Made by a program: the position numbers and the translations under genes. This document shows positions 1-14,100 of a stretch of DNA of 64,000 nt, piece after piece; within the stretch, counting starts at the first letter, position 1, and every line of letters starts with the position of its first letter. The stretch is from contig NC_042999.1 of assembly GCF_006345805.1 (NCBI RefSeq), positions 83,018,001 to 83,082,000 of the forward strand, read 5' to 3'. The stretch comes from Octopus sinensis (taxonomy: Eukaryota). The notes below the pieces were generated by a model. The model worked only from the letters and a program-made list of their open reading frames with translations, had not been told where the DNA came from and did not search any database.

Positions 1-147
1 AGCATTAAATATGCCTAAAGTATTAAATACATTAAGAAATAATTGTGCATCATATCTTATATTAGACAATATTATTTACATTCATTTTAGGAAATATTAG
101 ACACAATTATAGTTTGGCAAATAAAGGAGATAATTCCAGATATGTTT

Positions 148-263
148 TAGAAACCTTGCCAGAGTAGATTGGAACCTGGTGCAGCTCCCCAGCTTACCAG
201 TTTTCAGGTAAACCATCCAACCCATGCCAGCATGGAAAACAGACATTAAATGATGATGATGAT
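148..263 (+). mobile_element. Family D retroposon 3' fragment with (GAT)n tail (RTE-like end)
   Basis: TAGAAACCTTGCC...CCAACCCATGCCAGCATGGAAAACAGACATTAAATGATGATGAT; the same 3' end recurs in many copies (e.g. 39641-39861, 44006-44538). The RTE-clade link is inference from the short tandem-repeat tail. Confidence 0.7.
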
Positions 264-1461
264 TGATGTTTTAGTCTTGTTATGGCTTCATTAGCCAAAC
301 ATATACATCGTTGTATTTGGCTGCAATAGTAATGGGAGAATCATTATATGAATTCAAAATATTGTTTATTAAGTTGGTGTAAGAAAAGAGAATTCTTTAA
401 AAAAATAAGAAATTTTGTCAGACAGATTCAGTCTGAAATTATTGATGACAAGCCTTCGCTATTGCAACCACAAAGACTGAACATAAGACCAGAACATGTC
501 TAAAATTGTCTTCCATACTTGCCAAAACGATATTTGGTGCTTCAAGTGTTAGCAGCGACCCATTTGCCAGAATAGCAAAATTGGCATTAAACTTATGATG
601 ATTAAAAGTATTTTCCTGTCTTGTGTCTTCACTTCACTTCTATCTATGCTTCTCCTACACAAAATTGCTATATTGTATGTGTGTCTATATTAATTAAAAT
701 GAATGAATGTTTTGTCCTGTCTCTGCTTTCCGGGTTAGCTTCTGTTATATTTTAATGAAGGCTTCATCCTGTCTTGTATAGTCTTTGGCTCGTCTCTGTC
801 TACCACGCTAAACACTTGATATAATTTACATAAGTCATTCACTGTCATAGGGGCACAACAAGTGTTTCTATTGCCAACTTTATATAATTATCACACAATG
901 AAGGATTCTTCTGTATTCTCTCTCCCTCTCTCCCTTCCTTTTTTTTTTCTTTTTGTTTGTTAACCACCGGATCTTTGAGAACATTTAATATATAACCATT
1001 GATTGTGAACAGTATCCTGTGTGTGCCTATATGTGGGTCTCTGTCTCTCTGTATACATTCATGCACATACACACACACACACACACATAATATGTATATA
1101 TAAGTTGGTAACATCATAACACATTTGTATGTAGGTATGAATTTGCAACAAGCACTGTCTTGAAAGTAACTCGAATAGATGTCATGATGTCAAGTTTGTG
1201 TGTGTGGTTGAATACTAGCTAAGCTATGATTGTTGTGTATGTGTGATATAGATAACTTCTATGAATATGCACCTGCGCATATATTTAATACATGGCGGTA
1301 TATTTTGCATATTTTAGTATGTGTCTGTGTATATATCATTATCATCATCCTTTGATGTCTGTTTTCCATGCTGGTATAGGTTGGACATAATGATATATAT
1401 GTATATGTATACACACACATAGATAGATATATATGTGTGTTTATATGTATATATGCATATA

Positions 1462-1590
1462 ATGGGCTTTTTTTTTTTCAGTTTGTGTCTACCAAATCCA
1501 TTCACAAGTCCTTGGTTTGTTCTAATAGAAAGCACTTGTCCAAGGTGCCATGCAGGAGACTGAACCTGGGGCCACATAACCATTCCTGCC
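1462..1590 (-). mobile_element. Family A tRNA-derived SINE, 5' fragment
   Basis: Reverse complement matches the head of the full copies at 62414-62814 and 3197-3612. Confidence 0.75.
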
Positions 1591-1710
1591 CCTATTTATA
1601 AATATAAATCATCATCATCATCATCGTTTAATGTCCTCTGTCCATGCTGACATGGGTTGGATGGTTTGAGAGGTGGCCAGGGAGAAGCCAGACACCTGTG
1701 TCTGTTTTGG

Positions 1711-1754
<44 letters not shown>

Positions 1755-1953
1755 ATTAGTCACCATTATCATTTAATGCTTGTTTTCTGTGCTGGCATGG
1801 GTTAGAGTTCAACACAGTCCACTGGATTCTTAGATCCTGTCAAACCATCTGTTTTAGTTTAGTTTCTGCATTTGGATGCCAATCTTGGGTTTCACTTGAT
1901 GTTGATCAATACTAACATCTATCTCTCATTCCCATCCTGCTGTATTTATATTT

Positions 1954-2310
1954 TGTGGATGTGTGGTAAGAAGCTTCACAACCACATGGTACTGTATTCA
2001 TTCCCTTGCATGGCCCCTCTGGCAAATGTCTTCTACTACAGCCTTGGGCCAACCAAAGCCTTGTGAGTGGATTTAGTAGATGGAAACTGAAAGAAGTCCT
2101 GTATATATGTATGCATATAGCTATATGTATCTGTGTCTGCCCCCAATGCCACCACCATCACCACCACTGCCACCGCTTCATAACTGGTGGTTGTGTATTT
2201 ATGTTTCCATAACTTAGCTGTTTGGCAAAATGTTCAATTTGTTCGACTAAAACGTTGCAAGGCGTTGCTCCAGCGTGGCCACTGTCCACTGACGGTAAAA
2301 AGTAAAAGAT
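1954..2310 (+). mobile_element. Family A SINE, diverged near-full copy
   Basis: Head, CCAAAGCCTTGTGAGTGGATTT core, internal microsatellite and ...GCTCCAGCGTGGCCAC...AGTAAAAG tail, all in the family order. Confidence 0.75.
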
Positions 2311-3196
2311 ACACGATATATATATATAAACAGATAGATAGATATATTGCTAAACCTTAACCTAAATAGTGGTGTCTGCTTATTCACCTGTAAAATTACT
2401 GTTTACCTGAAATACAAATGTTGGGAAATGCACACACTAGCATCAGAAATAAACACATAGATGTTTGCAAATGCACCTGATAACAAACGCATACAAAAAT
2501 CAGACATATTCACAAATACACGCATAAAAATTCTCTTAACAAGTTTTGAATGCAAGTTTGTTTATTTTGTTATGTTTTTCTACAACAATAAAATTTAAGA
2601 GATTTCTCATTTTCCTTTCTTTTTTGTTTTTTAAGCGCAAATATCTGTTGCTTTGATGATTGTACCTGTGTGTACATGTGTGTGTGTGTGTGTGAACAAG
2701 TGCGGCAAAGGTTATTATAGATGTACCTGTGTACATATGGATGGGTCTGTGTTTCCTCATTGTGTGTGAGAGCATGTACGTGTATATATGTGTGCAGGTA
2801 ATATGAGTATTTGTGTGTGTGTGTGTGTGTAATGTTTGTGTGAAATTATTAAATGTTTATGTACAAAACGGTGCAAAACCTAAGATAAATATAGTTGTTT
2901 AACTACAGTTTTTAAGCCTTTCACTGATGAAACTTTAAACAGATGTGAATACATCTTGATATTCTCTTTGGACAAAGAAAAGTGTATATACGTATTCACA
3001 TATCTCTATATCGGTTAATTATATACCATGTGTGTGTAATATATAAATACACATATACGTATATCGGAATATGGTATTTGATGTTAGTCGGCATATATAG
3101 TGTTTTTTTTCAAGCAGAAGGTTATACAATGTATGGAAATTGATGGCTAGGTGCATCTCTGCAGATTGATTTGGATATGTGTGTATATGTGTACCT

Positions 3197-3612
3197 CTTA
3201 CTCTTTTACTCTCTTTTACTTGTTTCAGTCATTTGACTGCGGCCATGCTGGAGCACCGCCTTTAGTCGAGCAAATCGACCCCGGGACTTATTCTTTGTAA
3301 GCCCAGTACTTATTCTATCGGTCTCTTTTGCTTAACCGCTAAGTGACGGGGACGTAAACACACCACCATCGGTTGTCAAGCAATGCTAGGAGGACAAACA
3401 CAGACACATAGACATACACGCACACACACATATATATATATATAGATATATACGACGGGCTTCTTTCAGTTTCCGTCTACCAAATCCACTCACAAGGCTT
3501 TGGTCGGCCCGAGGCTATAGTAGAAGACGCTTGCCCAAGGTGCCATGCAGTGGGACTGAACCTGGAACCATGTGGTTGGTAAGGAAGCTACTTACCACAC
3601 AGCCACTCCTGC
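3197..3612 (-). mobile_element. Family A tRNA-derived SINE, full length (Octopus OR-like)
   Basis: On the minus strand: A-box-like TGGCTGTGTGG, B-box-like GGTTCAGTCCC, internal (TA)n/(TG)n tract, 3' stem-loops and (AGTAAAAG)n tail; highly similar to 62414-62814. Confidence 0.85.
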
Positions 3613-4502
3613 ACCTGTGTGTGTGTAATATATATTATAGATATGTGTGTGTATTATATATTATAGATGTGTGTCCATCCCAGTTATCACTCCTTCACTT
3701 CTGTAGCTATGTTACAGACACATAGACATTACACACATGCCTCTTACATGTTACACGTACTTTGGATAATGATGTACCAGCTCTGCCATGCAAAAACACT
3801 CGTGTGCATGCTGCACCTTCAGTCAGTCATACAATTGCACATGATACATCACATAACAAAAGTATACACATGCATACGCATACAACACTCAGATGGTATA
3901 TCCCACTGATGTATCTGTAGATGTGTGTCTACTTATGTAGAAGCAATCCTACATGTAGTCTTATATAAACTTGTGTGTGAATACATTTGTTTTTGCATCT
4001 GTGTAAGTATACTATGCGACAGATGCACAATATATGCATAATGCACCATAGCTACATTTGAGAAACATTCCACTCATATGTATGTACGCCCTATATAGGC
4101 AAGCGGAATTATAGTATATGCACTAATATGTATACACACTACTACACAGATATATATATATATATATATATATAAGTGCACACGAAGAAAACTTACATGT
4201 ACATATCTAAGTGTACATGTAATATCTACATGTATGTGTGTGCATGTGCTTAGCTATTGGATTCGTATGTGTGTGCGTGTATGTAGACATACATTATATA
4301 TGCATGTCTCTCTCTCTCTACACACACGCATATATATATATATACACATATATACATGCTTTATAATCTAAAATGTTTTATATATATATATTGCATATTT
4401 AGATTATAAAATGTATATATGTATGTGTGTGTATGTATATATATTATATAGATATACATACACACATCCATATATACATACTTTATAATCTAAAATATGT
4501 AT

Positions 4503-4534
<32 letters not shown>

Positions 4535-5044
4535 ATATATATATAAACCATTAGTTTGAAAATTGATTGTACAAAAGCAAGCTGTTTGTCAGCAGGCAGC
4601 TGATCCTATTTTAAAACCACATTATCTCAGGTGTATAAGATGGAATGGCTGGTAATAGATGGTGGGGATTGTGGTTGGGATGGTGGTGGTGGTGTGTTGG
4701 ATGGGATGAAGAAAGCTATGATTGAAAATAAAAAGAAAAATTTATTTCCAGGAGATGATGTTTGTGTGTGTGATGGTTGCTGTTATTGGTGGTGATGTTG
4801 TAGTTGCCGTTTTCGGTGATGGTGGAGTTGTTAGTGTTGTTGTGAAGCTGTGTATGTGTGTGTGTGTGTGCTTTTATCATTGTGATTGATATTGTGGTTG
4901 TGGCAGTGGTGGTATTATTGATGATGTGTTGTTGTTGTTTTTGGCTGAAGTATTTGTGGTCTTAGTTGACTTTGTAATGGTGTTGTAGTGAGGTTGTTGC
5001 TAATAATGAGGTGAGTATATATATATATATATATATAATATATA

Positions 5045-5165
5045 TATAAAACAGAAACAAGTCAAAAGGATCTACACAATGTACGTATTAAGCTGACACT
5101 CAGTTTAAGATGGAAAAAAAGAGGGGTTGTGATGTTTTGAGCATGGCTCTTCATCAGGAAAGGTC
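5045..5165 (-). mobile_element. Penelope-like terminal-repeat fragment with decayed hammerhead motif
   Basis: Minus strand CCTGATGA-A-GAG-CCATG-CTC-AAAA-CAT-C; two CG>CA changes would restore CTCGAAACGTC. Followed by a short tail ending in (TA)n. Confidence 0.5.
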
Positions 5166-7200
5166 TGGTAAGAAGGAACAAAATAGTCTGAGAGAAGCAT
5201 GTTTGTCATTTCATGGCTGGTATGTGTGTATGAGGGTCAGTATTTTGTGATGAGGATGGTTGATAAGGTAGGAAAGGTGTTAACTTAAGTAATAAGATTT
5301 ATTGAACAACATATCTGTTGGCATGCACATATACCTAGATACGCATGTAAGAATATATGTATGTGTTGGAAATATGACTGTTCTATTATTATCTATTTTA
5401 TTAAGTATTTTTTTCCTTCTGTTTTATTATTTGTGTCTTGTTTATTTGGAACAATAAATTTTCTAAATCGAGCCACAATGCTTCCAGACCTTTACAGTTT
5501 CATCCTCAGGTTATATGAAGTGTTGTTGGCCTACATAACTGCCTGTCTTGCAGTAGGCAAATGCAAGTTATGTAGAATTTAAAATTTTGCTCTCAAGTTT
5601 TATTTCATCAGTCACAGTATTGTATTGTGCTATTAGTATTGGTTCCATCATATATCACCTATTTCTCTGGGGAATTCTACTATAGTGTGTGTTGTCTACT
5701 TATGCTTCAATTACTACTTCTTGTAAGTGCATGGTGTATCTACAAGTACAAGATAGTGTTGTATAAGTATGTCCAGTGGAACAGTAGAATCATGAAGTTT
5801 ACAACTTTGATGTTTATTTCAAATCTAAATATACCATACACCATACTTCCATCACTATTTCTGTTTTATTGCCTGTTATTCACCATGGTATCCAGCACAT
5901 TGTTATCTCTTGCCATAGTCTTTTGTTATCACCTTTATGAGACACAGGATTTCAAGATAAATATTCATCCCATATTTTTCTACATATTTTCCTTCTATGT
6001 TGAATACTTGGCACTTTATACAACTGACATCTACTGTTTGCATCACATTCTCATGCCATCATAGTGTCCTCTCCTACATGTAGTTTTCCTAATATCCAGC
6101 TTTTAGATTATTTGTGCACCATCATTCATATTCTCTAACATTACTCGTCAAGTAGATGTGTGGGGTTAGTGTGTGTGTGTCTGCCTGGATTCACCTGCCC
6201 TCCTATAGGTATTTATGTATGTGTGTAGCTATAGCTATGTACATATCTGTATATACATATCTATCTAATCTATCTATCTATCTATCTATAAATATATATA
6301 TATATATACATATCATGATCATCATCGTTTAACGTCCGTTTTCCATGCTAGCACGGGTTGGACGCATATATATATATATATATACACATACACACACACA
6401 CACATTGACATACATACATATATACAGTTGGCTTCTTTACAGTTTCCATCTCCCAGTTGCACTCAAGGCACTAGTTGACCCAGTGCCATGGTAGATTCTA
6501 GCTCAATACAGTGTACAATAGGACCAAGCTTGAGACCACTTGGCTGTGAAATGACATTCTTAACCACATAGTCATGTGTGTTTGTGTGTGTGTGTGTGTG
6601 TGTATGTGTGATTAGGTTAGATTAAATACACAGATGGAATTATTGATGAAGTGTTAGATTAATGGAATCATTGATTGGTAGATTGACAGGATCATTGATT
6701 GGTAATTTGATAGTTAGATAAAAGGATGTATAAATTGACCAACAGACAGATAGAAAGACGGATATTGATTGATTAAACTCATTGAATTAATTCAAATATT
6801 CTTTTAATCCTTCCCTCTGGCACCTGTGCAGGCAGTAATTTTCAATAAACTGCAGCTTCTGTTGCCATTACGATTGTTACAGCAGATGAAATGCACTTTC
6901 GTGCAATTCTTTATTCCAACTTTAAACACACAAATGCACTCACTTTGCTGTCCTAATTTGGTAGAGAGAGGGAGAGAGAGAAAGAGAGAGAGAGGAGGTA
7001 CAGGAGGAAGTGTATGTATGTGTGTGGGTGTAAAACTGATGCTGTCTGATACGATACCATTTCCTTTCACTGCATTTGTGTGTGTGTGTGTGTAAGAAAG
7101 AACAGTAGAATATGTGTGTGTATGTGTGTGTGTATGCAAGTGGGTTGTAACCATTTATTTTTTGTTTGTGCATGTGTTCACTTGTGTGTTACATAGCAAT

Positions 7201-7203
7201 ATA

Positions 7204-7282
<79 letters not shown>

Positions 7283-7287
7283 GTAAG

Positions 7288-7318
<31 letters not shown>

Positions 7319-7325
7319 GTATATG

Positions 7326-7396
<71 letters not shown>

Positions 7397-7427
7397 GTAT
7401 ATATATATATATATGTATGTATGTATG

Positions 7428-7458
<31 letters not shown>

Positions 7459-7630
7459 ATATATGTATGTATGTATATGTATGTATGTATATATATGTAT
7501 GTATGTATATGTATGTATGTATATATATGTGTGTATATGTATGTATGTATATGTATGTGTACATGCATGTATATATGTATATGTATGCATATTTGTATGT
7601 ATGTATGTGTGTGTGTGTGTGTGTGTGTAT
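7201..7630. repeat. Compound (TA)n/(TATG)n/(TG)n microsatellite, ~430 bp
   Basis: Directly visible; accounts for the stack of Y/I/M/C/V/H/T-rich ORFs at 7114-7709. Confidence 0.97.
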
Positions 7631-9997
7631 TGTTAATTGGAAAAGAAAGGAAATAGAAATTCTGTAAGCAGAATTGGATTTCAAAGATTTTCATTAGCTC
7701 GTAATGCAAGGTTCAATTTTACTTTGTGGTTTTGAAAAGCCCATGGCGTAACCCTCCGATATATAGCCTTCCCTTGATAATCTCTACCTAAAGATGGATT
7801 AGGGAGGGTGAGTCCACAATGAGAGTTTTAGCAATACAGTAAGTTTATGCGATTAATCCTCGTGAGTCCTTAGGACTTGATTATCAACTGATTTGGGTTG
7901 AAATGGTTGATGGGTTTGAATATGTTTGAGTTTTTATTCAGGATGTATATACACTTCCTGTGGAAAATGATTGGAATAAATTGAGCTATTATTCAGAAAC
8001 TCTTTGTGTATGCTGAAGAAAGTGGAGCAAGCTTTGATGATGTAGCAGGGAATTTTTTTGCTTTTAGTCCAAGGCCTACGATCAAGAGCATTTCAGTAGG
8101 ACCATTTGGTCATTTTACTGACATAATGTAGTGAGCGTGTCAGACAAATTCAGCATCTAGAATTATCTATTAGTCCTTTTTTAAGATGGTAGTGTGTATG
8201 TTCAAAGATTTGTTGCTGCTGCTATTTCTAATAGATCGAGAAATTATGTGGCTGCTCACTTTTTAGCTTAGATTATTTTGGTTTGATGTAAATGTTTATC
8301 CCCAAACCTGAAGGAATTTTTAAGGGTTATCAGGGCTTATCTTCACTTTGATAGTGTTAAGCCAATGAAGAGCAAATCTCTTCCCTTGCCCCTGAAGTCT
8401 GTCCTTAATCAATATTTTATCAAATTATTCTATGTAATATATATATAGTCCTAGGAAACTAGTGCTGGTTTGTATCAGCTAATATTGAGTACACAAGTCA
8501 CTCATCATGAAACTGGAAGTGCATGCTCATACAGCAGCATACCAAGCTTCATTGAACCACACACAGCTGGTACAGCCAGTAGAGAGTACAAACACTGAGT
8601 GCAGATTTGCTTTGGCAGATGAGTACAAATGTTTTGTGTAAGACCTTTTTTTACAAGAGTAGAAGTCCTGCTTTCATGGCAAACCAACTTTTTTTCTACT
8701 TCTGACCTGCTTTAGTCTGCACTGGATCTGTATGTGTTGGAAATATGACTGTTCTTATCTTGAAATCCTGTGCCTCATAAAGGTGATAAAAGACTATGGC
8801 AAGTGATAACAAGGTGCTGGATACCATGGTGAATAACAGGCAATAAAACAGAAATAGTCATAGTCTTATTATCCTGATTTAATCTATTCAGTTGTTTTAC
8901 ATTTTAGATTATGGTTGATAATGAAATTTCAAAAGTCAGTGAGTTTTAGGCTTGTTAGTCAATGAGTTTGAAGCAGAGACCATCATAGTTATTATGTGAC
9001 AAAAGAAGAACACAGTTGAAAGATCTGACAATGTTTGGAGGATATTGATTTGTGTAGGATCATTTCTTTTGTTTCAGGAACTGGTCCAGTATGTTTTGTG
9101 TATGTCTTCTTAGCAATAGCTGTTGTTGCCCTTAGTCTCTGGTCAGAATGGACCTGACAAACCTAGAATCAAATATGGTTATCCCAGAAGAATACCAACC
9201 TGACCACAATGTTTAGTTCTTTCTCTTCAGAATGTTGACCCTCTGGGATTTTCTCCATGCTCATATTTTTTCATTCGACTATTCACAAGCAACTGCATTA
9301 GTTTTACTGGTCTTAGAGGACCTGCAAAACCCATAAGCATTGGTTCCTCTTCCAATGAAAACAAAGAAGAATGAGAAACAAGAGTGATTCTTGTCTTTAT
9401 TGGGATATCTGATAAAGGGTTACATTATCCATTGCAGCCTTCCTTTTTCAAGATAGTATCATGATTTGAGAGGGATGCAGCTTTATTTCTAGACCAGGCA
9501 ACCTTATAAAAGTTCTGTTTATGGCTTGTGCATGTTAGTGGATTGTAGTCTTTGATATGTTAACACTAATTCTAGTGTGGGTAAATAATTGCATGTCATA
9601 GAGGTTTAATATATAGAAATATATTCTGGTTGTTCAGAAGATTGTTGTACTATAATTGATGTATGTGTATTTATGTTTGTGTGTGTGTGTGTGTTTGATG
9701 TATCAGACAAGTATTATAATCAGACAGATATATTAGTGTATGTATTTGTATATGATGTGTGTTGAATGTTTTTGTCGACCTGTGTATGTATGTATGTTTG
9801 ATTGTGCACTCATGTAATTGTATGCATCTGTGTGTGTGTGCATTGTGTATATGGTGGTTGTTTATATTTGTGTTTGATTGTATATGTGTAATTGTACATT
9901 TGTGTATATGTACTGTGCATGGTAGGTGGGTGTATAAATGTATTCATGTACTTTACACATGTGTATGGGGTGATGGTTGTAAAGATGCCTATATACA

Positions 9998-10039
<42 letters not shown>

Positions 10040-10624
10040 AATGCGTACTGTGTAAACTTTTATGTATATGTGTTTATTTGTTAATTTTAATAAGCTTAAG
10101 AACAAGGCTTAATTTTTGAATGCATGTAGGATGGGGAAGGTACATATTTAAACCTTAAGATGCTTTCATCTTCTCATTGCCTTCACCTACCCATACCTTC
10201 CTATCTGTCTATTTATCCATCTATCTATCTGTTTGTCTGCTTGGCTATATCCTTAATCCCCTCTTTATTAAGTCTTTATTAAATTGGTTTATTTGAAGAT
10301 TTACCCATTGCTGGCAAGGAGGAAACAATAGGGGAGGCTATGACACTCATCAACCAATCACATTGCCCAACATGTCAGCTCATCACCTAATCCACCCTCT
10401 TACATTACCTCAAAGGGCCAAGAGTCAATGCAAGGATGTAGTAGGAGCACTGTGTGTGTGTGTGTGTGTGTGTGTCAATAATAAGACAGAGGGAGAATAC
10501 AATGACAGTTGCCCAAAGCTAATCTGAGGATTAGATAATACAATTAAAGAAAATAGAGCTCCCTTGTTACTTGAACACAATGGATTTCTCTTAATCCCTC
10601 ACTCTTATGGCAATAAAAGAAGCA

Positions 10625-10673
<49 letters not shown>

Positions 10674-10688
10674 GTTGTTGTTGTTGTT

Positions 10689-11139
10689 GAGCTGGTAGAA
10701 TTGTTAGCATGATAGACGAAATGCTTAGCATTTCCTTAGGTTTTATGTTCTGAGTTCAAATGCTGTGATGGCCAACTTTGCCTTTAATCATTTCAGGGGT
10801 CTGTAGCATACCAGTTGAGTACTGGATTGATGTAACTGACCAGCCCCCCCCCCTCCCGCAAATTTCAGGACTTGCACCTATAGTAGAAAGGATTATTATT
10901 ATTATTATTATTAAGGTGACAAGCGGGCAGAATCATTAATATGCTGGGCAAAATGCTTAGTGGCATTTTCTCCATCTTTATGTTCTGAGTTCACATTCTG
11001 CCAGGGTTCACTTTGCGTTTCATCCTTTCGGGGGGTCAATAAATTAAGTACCAATAAAACACTGGGTTGATGTAATCAACTAGTCCCCTTTATCAAAATT
11101 TCAGGCCTTGTGCCTTTAGTAGAAAAGATTATTATTATT
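10689..11139 (+). mobile_element. Two head-to-tail family C SINEs embedded in (ATT)n
   Basis: Each copy has GAGCTGGYAGAA...TTCTGAGTTCAMAT...CTTTGC...AAGTACCA...AGAAARGATTATTATT; (ATT)n runs lie before, between and after. Confidence 0.8.
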
Positions 11140-14100
11140 GGCAGTATATTAGGACACTAGGACAAAATGACTTGGTTCTTAATGTTCAGATCCCACAAAA
11201 GCTATGATTACTTTTCATACTTTCAAGGTTGATTATGTGCCAGGGACGTGCCTGTCTGGGTAGGCAAAGTACCCTGAATGAAATATATCAATAGCAACAT
11301 TTTCCTTTTATGGCAAAATATGCACCTAATTCAATAAAATTATGGAGGTTACTCTGATTACTGTGCATAAAATACAAAATATTTTATTTTTTTGTAGATT
11401 GGGCAGGCATAATTTGCTCCTGCCTTTCAATCTCAGTATTAAAGCTCTGCATAGAATTGCTGTAGTACACATGCTGCATACATTCCTATGACAATGTTTA
11501 CTTTACACGCTGTAAAGGCAGAAGTAAATCTATGTACGACACAGTTGCGTGCCTGTGTTTAGATTTTTTTTTTTTGTGGGTTTTACTACATAAGCGTCAC
11601 AAACTGCCTACCCTGAGTAATTACTGATGGCATGTGCCTGTTATGTACCTATCCAGTACTGGGGTTAATTTAGATGATAAAACGACTACCACCAATTTGT
11701 GATCTCATGCTTATGTTATTAGGAATATAGAGGACAGAAATGGTGGAACAGCTGAGTGATGTGAGTTGCCCTAACTTGAGTTACATTGCTTGGTTCAGAG
11801 TACAAAGACGGCTGAAGTTGATTTTGCATTTCAGCCCCCCCCCCTTTTTTTTTCTTTTGTTTGGAGGGATATGATAAAATAGCATACCGCTCTGTATCTG
11901 AGGGTTGTTTAGTTTATTTGTTGGAGAATTGGACAAAACATTCTTCAAGTATTTATTCTGAATTGAAATCTTGCCAAGATTAAACTTTTCTTTCATTCTT
12001 TCGGGATCAATGAAATAGTCCCAATCAAGTATTGATGTAAATAACACCGACTAGTACCCTTCCCCCAATGCCTCAAAATTGCTGGCCTTGTGCTTATATC
12101 AAGCTGACACTTTGTATAATATAGTCCTGAATACATTATGCCTGAATATATGAATGTATGGTTAGGTTTTAAATGCCTGGTTGTGTAGACTAGTAGAATC
12201 TAGTACTATTTAGTATTTTGTTACAGTTCATTACATTTCTGAGTTAAGATCCACAGAGGTCAACTCTGTCTTTGCTTCTTATCCTCCTGGGGTCAATAAA
12301 ATAAAATGCCAATCAAGTAATGGGCTTGATACAATCTGCAATACTCATCATCATTATCATTTGATGTCTGTTTCCATGCTGGCATGGGTTGGATGGTTTG
12401 ACAGGAGCTGACTAGCTAAAGGGCTGTTCAGGCAGCCTGTCTGTTTTGACATAGTTTCTACAGCTAGATGCCAACCACTTTATAAAATGTACTGAGTGCT
12501 TTTACATGGCACCATCATCACTCCTCATCAACAAAATATGTAACCATGTACCTATGCTAGAAATTAGTCATAAATCTGCTGGATTAGATCTTGCATTTTG
12601 TTCAAGACAACAGCAAAATGATTATTCTGTTCAAGGACCGTGCCTTATCAAATGAAATCCTTATTAAGATCATTGTAAGAACTTTTTTTCTATGATGACT
12701 TATCTCTAATCAGTGTTGTAGTTTAATTTTAAATCAGTCCAGATTGAACAGACTTATAATCAAAGAAGGTGCTAATCATGAACATGCTGTCTTTTCATAT
12801 ATCATTATTCCTTCTTTTTAAGGCACCATAAGATTCGATTTAAAGGGACATTTGTTATTTTTTGCAGTTCTAGCAGTTGTGTATAAATGCTTTCTTGATT
12901 GACCGGGCCACTAAACATCATAATATAGAAACGGCAACACTGAAAATATCATCAATGGATCTTGTACATAGTCAATTGCCTTACTAGAAATAGCAACCAA
13001 ATCTTCAAATTACACTTTTATCATCTTGAAACAAGAAGAATGCATTGGACAATATATTCCCAGACACCATTAAAAGACAGGATTGTTGTTGAATATTCTT
13101 TTACCATAGTTCCACTCAATCAAGGCTGACCAAGGGCTAAAGAACAGCATAATAGTCGTTTCAATTTAAAAGCTTATGTGATAAACTGTTATTGCTGTTG
13201 CAGCCTTTTGTCTGCGGCAACAATAATACAAAAGAGAATGTGAGTCCATGTGAGTGTTTATGTGTGTGTGTTTGTGCATTTATTGTGCATATGTTTATGC
13301 AGTGTGTGCTCGTGTATGTGTGTCTATGTTTCTATTTTTGTTCATTGATATGCCTGTTTTTATCTGTAGCTATATATTTCTTGATCGATCGAGCTATCTA
13401 TATTAATCTATAAGTTTTATTGATCTTTAGTTGTCTATCATTTGTTACTTTATCAATCAGTTTTGTCTATATATCTACCTTCTACCCTCCTACTTATCTA
13501 TCTGTTAGGAAATCTATCAATCCATTCTTGTCTTCATACATACATACATACATGTATGTATATGTGTGTATATATGTGTGTGAATGTGTGTGTATGTGTG
13601 CTTGTATGTATGTATCTGTGTGTATGGTCTTTCTCTTTTCCTTCCTTCTCTCTCTCTTTGGCCCCCCCTCTCTCTCTCTCTCTACACACACACACATGTC
13701 TCAGTCTCTTTGTCTCTCTCAACATTCTCTATCACTCAAACAAAAGATTTGTGAAAAAAAAAAACATGTAATCTCACAAAATAGAGTAATCTTCTATTAT
13801 TGCGCCAGTTATTCTCTTTCTTTTCTTACCATTTTTCATTCTTTTTTTTAAACATGTTACATTTGTATGCATTTGTGTGTGTGTGTATATATATATGTAT
13901 ATATATGATATCTAACATTTTCAAAGCTTATCTAGGCTAATGCAGGAACATATTCTCTCACATCCTCCACCTCCTTTTCCCGTCCCCTTTGCTCACACAA
14001 AGACTTCAAAATATAGAGTGAAAAATACCCAGTTGTACTTGCTTTGATTGAGTTGTAGAAATGATGAAATGCCAAAGAATACAAAAGCTTTGCCATGTTA

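Noticed and set aside
3531-3725. Recurring peptide PKVPCSGTEPGTMWLV (also in ORFs 48380-48706 and 62410-62643)
   Set aside because: Antisense translation of the family A SINE head, not a gene family.
5627-6064. 145-aa hydrophobic, membrane-protein-like ORF
   Set aside because: Hydrophobicity follows from T-rich composition; part of it (5854-5960) is duplicated in inverted form at 8756-8858; no family motif or splice context.
7114-7709. Six overlapping ORFs of 122-180 aa
   Set aside because: Translations of a (TA)/(TATG)/(TG) microsatellite, which lacks stops in most frames.
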